Below, in pieces: positions 16,482-23,272 of a DNA stretch of 24,963 nucleotides (position 1 is the first letter of the stretch; every line of letters begins with the position of its first letter). This DNA is from a virus (Duplodnaviria > Heunggongvirae > Uroviricota > Caudoviricetes). Below the pieces are notes generated by a model. That model did no database searches and had not been told where the DNA came from. It saw nothing but the letters and a program-made list of their open reading frames with translations. The translations under genes and the position numbers were made by a program. The stretch covers positions 65,475 to 90,437 of the IMG/VR virus record IMGVR_UViG_3300029742_000285; one strand, 5' to 3'.

Positions 16482-16735
16482 GCTCCTACCTCCTGATAGT
16501 CAGTTGCAGGGCCGCAGCTGTCCAATGTCCATCCAATGACCGGGTGCCATTCGCCATCTGCAAAAACCTGCAGGCCGGTGTGGGTTTCGTCCTTGACCTG
16601 CCCGCCCAGCTGGTAGCAGCCGGATGCTCGGCTTCCATCCCAGCGGAACCACTTGTTCCAGAACGTCGGTGCCACGTATGCGCATCCGGTGGGTGCGTCG
16701 GCCCGTTCGGATGCAAGGGTGTACTGTTTGCTCAT
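16478..16735 (-). CDS. Hypothetical phage protein, 85 aa, Trp-rich
   Basis: ATGA overlaps; AAGGAG RBS. Confidence 0.7.
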   Translation of the reverse strand: MSKQYTLASERADAPTGCAYVAPTFWNKWFRWDGSRASGCYQLGGQVKDETHTGLQVFADGEWHPVIGWTLDSCGPATDYQEVGA

Positions 16736-16995
16736 GCGGATTCTCCTTCCTCAACAGTAGGGAAGAACAGCTCCCCGATTTCATCCTGCGGGATATCAAG
16801 CGTCTTGCAAATTTCTGCGATCTCAGTGCTTGTCCAAGGCTGCTTCCCGTTCATCCGCTTGCTCATTGTGTCAGTCCCGATGCCGATTGCATTTGCAATC
16901 TCCTGATCCCGGAACCCGCAGCTGTGGAACCGTCCCCGTAGCTTCCAGTATGGGATCTGCTTGAAAGTGCCGCGAATGGTTGATGTGTTCAACAT
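16732..16995 (-). CDS. XRE/Cro-like helix-turn-helix protein (DUF739-like)
   Basis: DQEIANAIGIGTDTMSKRMNGKQPWTSTEI...LFF. AAGGAGG RBS before the ATG at 16995. Confidence 0.85.
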   Translation of the reverse strand: MLNTSTIRGTFKQIPYWKLRGRFHSCGFRDQEIANAIGIGTDTMSKRMNGKQPWTSTEIAEICKTLDIPQDEIGELFFPTVEEGESA

Positions 16996-16996
16996 T

Positions 16997-17677
16997 TTAT
17001 TCCTCCTTCTTTTCGGCGGGCAGCCCATCCAGCAGGCTGTCCATCAGGGCGGCGTAGAACGGGTAGCCTTTGGAAACGATGGTCAGGTTGTCAATGGCGC
17101 TGGTGAGGTAGCTCTGGGAGCTGCGCACCACGTTCTCCATGGTGCGCACCGTGTCGCAATGCTGGCCGTAGATGGCCTTGAACTCACCGCACAGGGCCTT
17201 GACCTGCATATACTTGGCCTTGCTGTCCTCGCGGTTCTTGCGGCACTCGTCCAGAAAAGCGGTGTTCTCGTCCAGTTTCTTCCGGGCTTCGATCACCCGG
17301 TCGATGGCGCTCTGAATGTTGGCATCCTGCACGGCCTGCTGCTCTTTGTGCTGTGCGGCCAGCTGCTTCTCCATTGCATTGAACGCGGCAATGTACTTCA
17401 GCTTCCACTGCACGGCTTCCTTGCCGGTAAAGCCCATGGCCAGCAGGGAAAAGCCGTCCCGGTTCATCAGGTACATGGGGTACTTCTGGTGGTTCTGCGG
17501 GTGGGTGTACTCGGATTTGAAGAACAGCGGGGTCTGCTCAATTTTGAGCACCCCCTCCGACATGAGGTTTTCAATGTCGCGCATGACATTGCGGTGCTCC
17601 TTGCCGAAGCGCTTGGCAACGTCCCGGCTGGATGCCACCGGTTCGCCGTTCTGGGTGGATAAGATGATGTCGTTCAT
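16997..17677 (-). CDS. Rha-family phage regulatory protein
   Basis: SSRDVAKRFGKEHRNVMRDI...YLMNRDGFSLLAMGFTGKEA..WKLKYIAAFNAME. AGGAGG RBS before MNDIIL. Confidence 0.93.
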   Translation of the reverse strand: MNDIILSTQNGEPVASSRDVAKRFGKEHRNVMRDIENLMSEGVLKIEQTPLFFKSEYTHPQNHQKYPMYLMNRDGFSLLAMGFTGKEAVQWKLKYIAAFNAMEKQLAAQHKEQQAVQDANIQSAIDRVIEARKKLDENTAFLDECRKNREDSKAKYMQVKALCGEFKAIYGQHCDTVRTMENVVRSSQSYLTSAIDNLTIVSKGYPFYAALMDSLLDGLPAEKKEE

Positions 17678-17694
17678 GGTGAAGATGTACCTCC

Positions 17695-17814
17695 TTATTT
17701 TCGATGTGTTTTGATATAACGTTCGATTCTTTCGCACACACGGCAGACTGCTGTATAAAATTTGACTTTCTGCTCAGTGACGAGTATTTTAATAATCAGA
17801 ATAAGTTTGTCCAT
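17695..17814 (-). CDS. Possible 39-aa protein (MDKLILIIKILVTEQKVKFYTAVCRVCERIERYIKTHRK)
   Basis: GGGAGG RBS 4 nt before the ATG at 17814; the stop codon abuts the Rha RBS. Confidence 0.5.
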   Translation of the reverse strand: MDKLILIIKILVTEQKVKFYTAVCRVCERIERYIKTHRK

Positions 17815-17842
17815 AGAACCTCCCAAAGAAAGGAATGATAAG

Positions 17843-18676
17843 ATGAGTGATGAGAAGAATAGCGGCAACACCTTTAACATCAATGCCGTACCAAGTTGCA
17901 TTGACGAACCTGTAAAGGCTGTTCTGAACCCCGGTGCTAATCAGATTGGAACTCTTTTTGGAGATCTTCTTGCAATGGCAACAAGCAAAATCCATTTTTC
18001 AGCAGAAAAGATGAGGTTGCAACAAGCACATGATTTAGAAGAGTTTAAAAAATCACTGAGTGACAAGTTGAATGCAAAACCAGCAGAATGCTTGGTTGAA
18101 CCTCGTATGCAGGTGGTTGGCCCCGCTGTCGAAAATGCAAAATTTTGCATGGACGAGCCACAAATCCGAAAGATGTTTCAAAATCTGCTTGCAAATTCTG
18201 CCGATATAAGATATCAAAGTCAGGTGCATCCTTCCTTTTCGGCTATGATTGCGCAGATGTCTCCTTTGGACGCTGAAAATTTGGAACTGTTCAAAGGCGG
18301 TCGAACTCTTCCGATTGCAAGGTATAAATACACTCTGGAGAACGACGGCGAAAGAGCTGCGTTTACAAATTGCTTTTTAAAGAACCCTAAGATGATTCAT
18401 GCCACAGACATCGACCTTCAAGCCACATCTTTAAGTTCATTGGAACGACAAGGGTTGATAGAAATTCGCTATGACTGTTGGCTGTTGGATGAGAAATTGT
18501 ATGACGTATTTATCAAAAATGAACTGAGAGATATATTGGAAAGCGAGTTGCTCCAAATGAAAGCCTGCGAAGCAAAGATCAATGACAGAAAAGTGCGATC
18601 ACTGGACTTTGATAAGGGAATTGTCCGGTTGACACCGCTTGGAAAAACTTTTGTTAGTGTTTGCTTCGATATCTGA
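17843..18676 (+). CDS. DUF4393 / Abi-alpha-like protein, 277 aa
   Basis: EPRMQVVGPAVE...IRKMFQNLLA...VHPSF..MIAQMSPLDA...SLSSLERQGLI...LTPLGKTFVSVC. GAAAGGA RBS. AT-richer and antisense to the early operon. Confidence 0.85.
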   Translation: MSDEKNSGNTFNINAVPSCIDEPVKAVLNPGANQIGTLFGDLLAMATSKIHFSAEKMRLQQAHDLEEFKKSLSDKLNAKPAECLVEPRMQVVGPAVENAKFCMDEPQIRKMFQNLLANSADIRYQSQVHPSFSAMIAQMSPLDAENLELFKGGRTLPIARYKYTLENDGERAAFTNCFLKNPKMIHATDIDLQATSLSSLERQGLIEIRYDCWLLDEKLYDVFIKNELRDILESELLQMKACEAKINDRKVRSLDFDKGIVRLTPLGKTFVSVCFDI

Positions 18677-18706
18677 TCTTTGGTTGAGCACTTAGCTAAG
18701 AATTTC

Positions 18707-18745
18707 AGCCCAGCGTTCCTCTTCCACAGGTTCGCTGGGCTTTTT
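18707..18745 (+). terminator. Intrinsic terminator of the DUF4393 gene
   Basis: AGCCCAGCG...CGCTGGGCT stem followed by TTTTT. Confidence 0.6.
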
Positions 18746-18772
18746 GTTGTTGCTCATGTGGTTCACCTCCTT

Positions 18773-18964
18773 TCATGCCACGGGGCGGTTGTCCAGCTTC
18801 TTCAGGCTGGCGACCAGCTTGATGGACTGGGCAGCGGTCTCCATCTGCTCGAATGCGTCCTCGTCCATGTCCTTGCACATGGTATGAATGCGGATCACGC
18901 GCTCCACGTCCTGCTGCGTCAGGCCATACATGGCGGGATTCAAGGGATTGTTTTTGTGTGCCAT
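18773..18964 (-). CDS. Hypothetical early phage protein, 63 aa (MAHKNNPLNPAMYG...)
   Basis: GAAAGGAG RBS; GC-rich codon usage like the phage core genes. Confidence 0.7.
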   Translation of the reverse strand: MAHKNNPLNPAMYGLTQQDVERVIRIHTMCKDMDEDAFEQMETAAQSIKLVASLKKLDNRPVA

Positions 18965-18991
18965 AGTCAGCACTCCTTTCTGTGGGTGGCT

Positions 18992-19059
18992 CCCACGACC
19001 ATCCCGGCGGCGTCACCGGAATGGTTTCGGCCCGTGCCGCCGGGCCATCATCGGGTGGG
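18992..19059 (-). ncRNA. Type I hammerhead-ribozyme-like RNA with a variant core
   Basis: CCCAC-CCGAUGA-U-GGCCCG(gcggca)CGGGCC-GAAA-CCAUUCCGG(ugacgccg)CCGGGAUGG-UC^GUGGG. All three stems pair, and there is a GUC cleavage triplet. Confidence 0.75.
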
Positions 19060-19113
19060 TTGTGGCGTGCTCCCTTCTGCGGTATACTGAGACGGAAGGG
19101 AGATGTTTATAAG

Positions 19114-19782
19114 TTGTCTGAAAAATACAAATGTCCGTATTGTGGAGTTGCGTTCTATGAAGCGTCCGACAATACGAAAGAACGTAGGATAAGCTATAAT
19201 TTCGATCAAAAGGATTTCGATGGGCCATATGGATACAATTCGATACTTTCTGATATTGTAGCGGTTTACCATTACTGTCCATCCTGTCATGAATATTCCG
19301 TACAGCTTGCCAGCAGCAAGGGACTTTTTTCGTTCAACTATCCACCGTATACCGGGATAACATTGCCAGACTATATTCCGGAAGCAATCAGAAGAGATTA
19401 CATGGAAGCCTGCTCAATTCTGGATGCAAGTCCAAAAGCATCTGCCACATTATCCCGGCGTTGCTTACAGGGAATGATTCGAGATTTCTGGGGCGTGACG
19501 TCCGGAAACCTTGCCGGAGAGATTGATCTGATCAAAGATAAAATTCCTGCCGACCAGTATCGGGTACTCAACGGCGTGAGGCGCTTGGGAAACATTGGAG
19601 CACACATGGAAAAGGATGTGAATCTGATCGTTGATATCGACCCCGGAGAAGCCCAAAAGCTTGTCAAACTTCTGGAACTGCTTCTGAAAGACTGGTACAT
19701 TGCCCGACACGAGCGTGAAGAACTGTACCGGGAAATCCTCGTTATTGACGAGAAGAAGCAGGATGAACGTCATCCTGGCTGA
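19114..19782 (+). CDS. Zinc-ribbon plus DUF4145 (HEPN-like) protein
   Basis: CPYC...CPSC; LPDYIPEAIRRDYMEAC...SPKASATLSRRCLQGMIRD...RRLGNIGAH. TTG start after GGAAGGGAG. Upstream TTGTGG-N17-TATACT promoter (19060-19088). Confidence 0.85.
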   Translation: MSEKYKCPYCGVAFYEASDNTKERRISYNFDQKDFDGPYGYNSILSDIVAVYHYCPSCHEYSVQLASSKGLFSFNYPPYTGITLPDYIPEAIRRDYMEACSILDASPKASATLSRRCLQGMIRDFWGVTSGNLAGEIDLIKDKIPADQYRVLNGVRRLGNIGAHMEKDVNLIVDIDPGEAQKLVKLLELLLKDWYIARHEREELYREILVIDEKKQDERHPG

Positions 19783-19939
19783 ACGGGTCATTCTTTGCCA
19801 GCAGATCACCGTCCAGAGTCCAGTACTGGTGAACTTCATAGACCGGATTCGCATCCGTGCCATCTCCTGCCAGAGTGACAGTCTCAATGACTTGAATCAC
19901 TCTGGCGGATTTTGCTTCCTGAGAGATTTTGAATTTCAT
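19742..19939 (-). CDS. First early gene; 65-aa hypothetical protein without a recognisable HTH
   Basis: AAGGAGGTG RBS. First ORF after the leftward promoter. Its 3' end overlaps the DUF4145 gene convergently by 41 bp. Confidence 0.75.
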   Translation of the reverse strand: MKFKISQEAKSARVIQVIETVTLAGDGTDANPVYEVHQYWTLDGDLLAKNDPFSQDDVHPASSRQ

Positions 19940-19982
19940 CCTCTTCACCTCCTTGCGTCGACTTGGTTGGCTAAGTTTGCCT

Positions 19983-20085
19983 TAGCTCGGCTATACTATA
20001 ACATAGCACCGCTACGATGTCAAGCGTAAAATTATTAGCTGAGCTAAATTTTATTCTTGACACAGTAGCGCCCACGTGATACAAT
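19983..20085. promoter_or_regulatory. Lysis/lysogeny switch: divergent promoters and three palindromic operators
   Basis: Minus strand TTGACA (20018-20023)-N17-TATAGT (19995-20000). Plus strand TTGACA (20057-20062)-N17-TACAAT (20080-20085). TAGC-N3-GCTA at 19983, 20004 and 20036. Confidence 0.85.
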
Positions 20086-20109
20086 CCGAAATAGAAGGAG
20101 GTGATACAA

Positions 20110-20487
20110 ATGAACGAGCGTATAAAGAAAATCATTGAAGAACTCGGTTTGAAAAAGGTGGATTTTGCAAACCGCTTGCACATCTCACAACCTTTTGCAT
20201 CAGAACTTTGCTCTGGTGCAAAAGCCCCCAGCGATCGCACGATCAGCGACATCTGCCGGGAGTTTGGTGTCCGGGAAGCATGGCTGCGCAACGGCGAGGG
20301 TGAAATGTTTGTGCAGGACACCCAGTCGGAGCAGGTAGCGGCTTTTCTGGCCGACCTGACCAAGGATGACAGTGACACCTTCAAAAAGCGTTTTGTCGAA
20401 ATGCTGGCAGGCCTGAGCCCGGCGGACTGGGAGCTGCTGGAACGTATGGCCGAAAAATTGACGCAAAAAAAAGAGGAAAGCCCGTAA
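20110..20487 (+). CDS. Phage repressor, XRE-family HTH without a peptidase S24 domain, 125 aa
   Basis: KKVDFANRLHISQPFASELCSG..PSDRTISDICREFGV.EAWLRNGEGEMF. AAGGAGGTG RBS. Divergent from the early operon. Confidence 0.9.
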   Translation: MNERIKKIIEELGLKKVDFANRLHISQPFASELCSGAKAPSDRTISDICREFGVREAWLRNGEGEMFVQDTQSEQVAAFLADLTKDDSDTFKKRFVEMLAGLSPADWELLERMAEKLTQKKEESP

Positions 20488-20498
20488 AGGCTTCCCTC
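20465..20498 (-). terminator. Terminator for the convergent 34-aa ORF
   Basis: 10-bp stem (20473-20498) that pairs fully, via a G-U, only on the minus strand; followed by U8. Confidence 0.7.
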
Positions 20499-20515
20499 GC
20501 GTGGTGGCTGGTTGC

Positions 20516-20620
20516 TTATCCGATCAGGTGGCTTGCGTACACCCACACAAGCCGCAGCTGGCGGAAATCGGCTTTTTCCAGCAGTTTCAGAATAGCGGTA
20601 ATGTAATCTTGTCGTGTCAT
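20516..20620 (-). CDS. Unannotated 34-aa protein (MTRQDYITAILKLLEKADFRQLRLVWVYASHLIG); candidate anti-repressor
   Basis: GGAGG RBS; TTGCGA (20679-20684)-N17-TATAAT (20656-20661) promoter; its own terminator. Confidence 0.75.
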   Translation of the reverse strand: MTRQDYITAILKLLEKADFRQLRLVWVYASHLIG

Positions 20621-20758
20621 GTTGCAATCCTCCGATCGGGTTTATGTTCAAAAACATTATACAACCATTCGACGTTAATCGCAACAACTTTTGACAACTG
20701 AAAAGCTGCGAAAAATCCACAGAAAAATTGGATTTTTCCAACAGAAAAGGAGAAAATC

Positions 20759-21772
20759 ATGAAAAAGTCAGCAAAAAGGCTTTTAGGCGTTGTTTTTACA
20801 CTGGCGCTGATGACGATTCTCGCATGCGGTGCCTTTGCGGCAAAGCCTGCGGTCGAGCTCACCGACGTCTATTTTACGGTCGACGCTTTTGACGGCGTCA
20901 GCCCCACGGTCTGCTTCCGGAATAATTCAAACAAAACCATTAAATATGTTACGTTCACACTGGTTCCGCTTAATGCAGTCGGCGATAGAACTTCCTGCAC
21001 GATCAGCGGCCGTTCGGCAGTAACGGCCCAGGTAGTAGGGCCGATCGCTCCGACAAGATTTGACCGAACGGTCGCAAACACTGTGACTTCTCCTGCATCC
21101 ATGGGAGATTTTGGACCGTTCCAGGCACAGCAGCAGCTTGCCACGAATTATTACTTTGGCGCTGAAGAGCGCAACGGGCATAGAATTTTTTTGGACAAGG
21201 ACGGTAATGCCTATTATGTTGATTCCTACACGCCGTCCTCAGTTCTGTCTGTGATCGACCATTCCAAGACGCTGGGTCAGCTGGATTCCACTACTTATCT
21301 GACAGATGACGAACTCCAGAATGCAATTTACGATGCAGCAGTGGAATGGGATTGCCTTTGGTACAACAGCACGATCGACGACATTGCCGTGACCAAGGCG
21401 GATATCATCTATATGGACGGAAGCAAAGAGACCGTCAATCAGAAAGCCCTGTATTCGGGTCACTTCAGAAGCGACCCGACGAATCAGCCTTACTATGTGC
21501 TGACCAGCAAATACGCCCCTGTTTACGATTATCAGTATTACAAAGAGCACAACGCCGATCTGGCTGCCCTGTTTGGAGATAACCAGTGGAAGTATCTGGA
21601 GCATTTCGTAAACAGCGGCATGAAGGAGGGCCGTCAGGGCAGCAGTACATTTAGCCTTGCCGCCTACAAAGCAAATAATCCTGATCTGGTTGCCGCTTTT
21701 GGCGAAGATAACCAGAAATACTATGAGCACTATATCTCTTCCGGCAAGAGCGAAGGCCGGAAGGCATCCTGA
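20759..21772 (+). CDS. Secreted or cell-surface protein with two C-terminal repeats of about 42 aa, 337 aa
   Basis: Signal peptide MKKSAKRLLGVVFTLALMTILACGAFA. Repeats follow YK..N.DL.A.FG....KY.EH...SG..EGR. AAAGGAG RBS. Confidence 0.85.
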   Translation: MKKSAKRLLGVVFTLALMTILACGAFAAKPAVELTDVYFTVDAFDGVSPTVCFRNNSNKTIKYVTFTLVPLNAVGDRTSCTISGRSAVTAQVVGPIAPTRFDRTVANTVTSPASMGDFGPFQAQQQLATNYYFGAEERNGHRIFLDKDGNAYYVDSYTPSSVLSVIDHSKTLGQLDSTTYLTDDELQNAIYDAAVEWDCLWYNSTIDDIAVTKADIIYMDGSKETVNQKALYSGHFRSDPTNQPYYVLTSKYAPVYDYQYYKEHNADLAALFGDNQWKYLEHFVNSGMKEGRQGSSTFSLAAYKANNPDLVAAFGEDNQKYYEHYISSGKSEGRKAS

Positions 21773-21782
21773 TTTTTGAATA

Positions 21783-21895
21783 AACAAAAACGCCCCACCG
21801 GCGGCAACCGGCAGGGCGTCAAAGAGTGGCTTGCCCACGAGGAACAATACCAGCCTAAGCAACTGTATTGTACCACCTCCGGGCAGGCTTGTCAA
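21783..21895 (-). ncRNA. Candidate small RNA of about 75 nt, antisense to the integrase leader, with a consensus promoter
   Basis: TTGACA (21890-21895)-N17-TACAAT (21867-21872) with an extended TG. Terminator ACGCCCTGCCGG-ttgccg-CCGGTGGGGCGT followed by a U-tract; it pairs fully only on the minus strand. Confidence 0.6.
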
Positions 21896-21922
21896 AGTGT
21901 ACCTTTTTTGGAGGTGGAAACA

Positions 21923-23066
21923 ATGAAAAAGAGAACCAACACGGCATTTTGGGTGGAGAAAGAAAAGCGTTGGTGCATTGCGGTGCAGAAGAACGGCACC
22001 CGCAAACGGTTTTACAGCAGCACGCCTGGCCGCACCGGCCAGCGGGAAGCCAACGCAAAGGCCGATGCCTGGCTTGACGACAGCATCCGGGACGGCAAGA
22101 AGAAGGTAGCTGCCCTCTATGCCCAATGGGTAGAAGAACTGAAGCTCACCTGCGGCACATCCTATGTTGAGCAGTGCAAGAAATATGGAGATTACTATAT
22201 TCTGCCTGTCTGTGGGGACATCCGCATTGACGAGCTGACCGAAGGCGATCTGCAAAAAGCCATCAATATGTCTTTCAAAAAGCGATGCCTTAAAAAGGAG
22301 CGTCAGCGTAGGTCAAGCGACAAGCCTTTGAGCCGCAAGACCCTTATGACGATCCGCTCAACGGAGATCAGCTTTTTGAAATGGTGCCGCCGGAACAGGT
22401 ACAGTACGATGTTCCCTGAGCTGTCTATCCCGAAGAATGCCCGCATGGAGAAGAAAAAGATTTTACAGCCGACCGCTTTGAAAGTCCTGTTTGATGTGGA
22501 CACCCGCCTTTAGCCTTTACTATGGCAAGCTGGTCTTTGACGAGTATATCTATGCCTACCGGTTTGCAGTTGCTACAGGTGTACGCCCCGGTGAACTTGT
22601 GGGGCTCTGGTATGGTGATATCAAAGGAAACACGGTCAATCTGCGCCGCAGCATCAACCGGTTGGATGAGGAAACCACCGGCAAGAACGAAAACGCCATT
22701 CGCTCATTTGACATGGGCGAGGAAGCCCATGAGGCCTACGAAGCGCAGGTAGCCTTGCTGAAGGCTTCCGATATCCCGCTGAACTATACCACCCCTTTGT
22801 TCCAGATCCCGAACCAGAGAGCTTTATTCAAGCGCTGGAAGAAGTACCAGCGTGACAATGGCATTGAGCCTCAGGTCACGCTGTATGAGATGCGACACAC
22901 TTTCGTCAGCATTGAATCAGGCGTATTGACCGACAGCCAGCTGAAGATGCTGGTCGGTCACAGCAAGAACATGGACACTGCCGGAGTGTATCGGCACGAG
23001 CTTGACGGTCAGAGGGAAGATCTTGCTGCCGCTACCACCGCGGCATTCAGGAAGGCTCAAGGGTGA
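21923..23066 (+). pseudogene. int: Tyrosine integrase, frameshifted by a 7-bp tandem duplication (378 aa if repaired)
   Basis: Two ORF halves join at GCCTTTA-GCCTTTA (22506-22519). Removing one copy gives ...DTRLYYGK... in frame. Catalytic motifs TGVRPGEL, YEMRHT, VGHS and VYRH are present. GGAGGTG RBS. Confidence 0.9.
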
Positions 23067-23069
23067 TTC

Positions 23070-23090
23070 TGGTAACACATTTGGTAACAC
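23070..23090 (+). repeat. Direct repeat TGGTAACAC x2; candidate integrase arm-type binding sites
   Basis: Copies at 23070-23078 and 23082-23090, between the int stop codon and the att core. Confidence 0.6.
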
Positions 23091-23205
23091 TCTTTTTTGT
23101 AAACGTAGCAAAATACATGGGTTACAAACCAACCCCACTACATTTTTAGCAAGTGTTTAGGCGCGTTGCAGATATGTTTTTGACGTCACTCAATCATTTT
23201 TTGTT

Positions 23206-23226
23206 GTTCGACCCCCACTACCCGCA
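23206..23226 (+). other. Prophage att core: displaced 3' fragment of a tRNA gene
   Basis: GTTCGACCCCCACTACCCGCA looks like a T-loop plus acceptor 3' strand, with no 5' tRNA half upstream. It lies 140 bp after int and is followed by a + strand terminator. Confidence 0.7.
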
Positions 23227-23234
23227 TACAAAGA

Positions 23235-23272
23235 AAAGCGCGATGAGTTCTCAGAATTCATCGCGCTTTCTT
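23235..23272 (+). terminator. Intrinsic terminator, probably of the original target tRNA gene
   Basis: 16-bp stem AAAGCGCGATGAGTTC/GAATTCATCGCGCTTT. Confidence 0.75.

Larger units (their letters stand above)
1..23226. mobile_element. Temperate phage (prophage), right-hand part: head/packaging, replication, early, lysogeny and integrase modules, ending at a tRNA-derived att site
   Basis: Canonical gene order: scaffold, MuF, portal, terminase, HNH, activator, primase, helicase, Rha, repressor, integrase. A tRNA 3'-like fragment lies just after the integrase. The element continues beyond the left edge. Confidence 0.95.

Noticed and set aside
18982..19113. N-terminal extension of the DUF4145 ORF given by the track
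   Set aside because: It overlaps the hammerhead fold and the gene's own promoter; the RBS supports the TTG at 19114.
20637..20671. LexA/SOS box at the 34-aa ORF promoter
   Set aside because: Only half-matches to GAAC-N4-GTTC (GAACataaACCC and GAATggttGTAT); too degenerate to call.
21776..21922. Upstream extension of the integrase ORF
   Set aside because: It covers the sRNA and promoter region; the GGAGGTG RBS supports the ATG at 21923.
22491..22519. Programmed ribosomal frameshift in the integrase
   Set aside because: No slippery heptamer or stimulatory structure is evident; the exact 7-bp duplication explains the break more simply.
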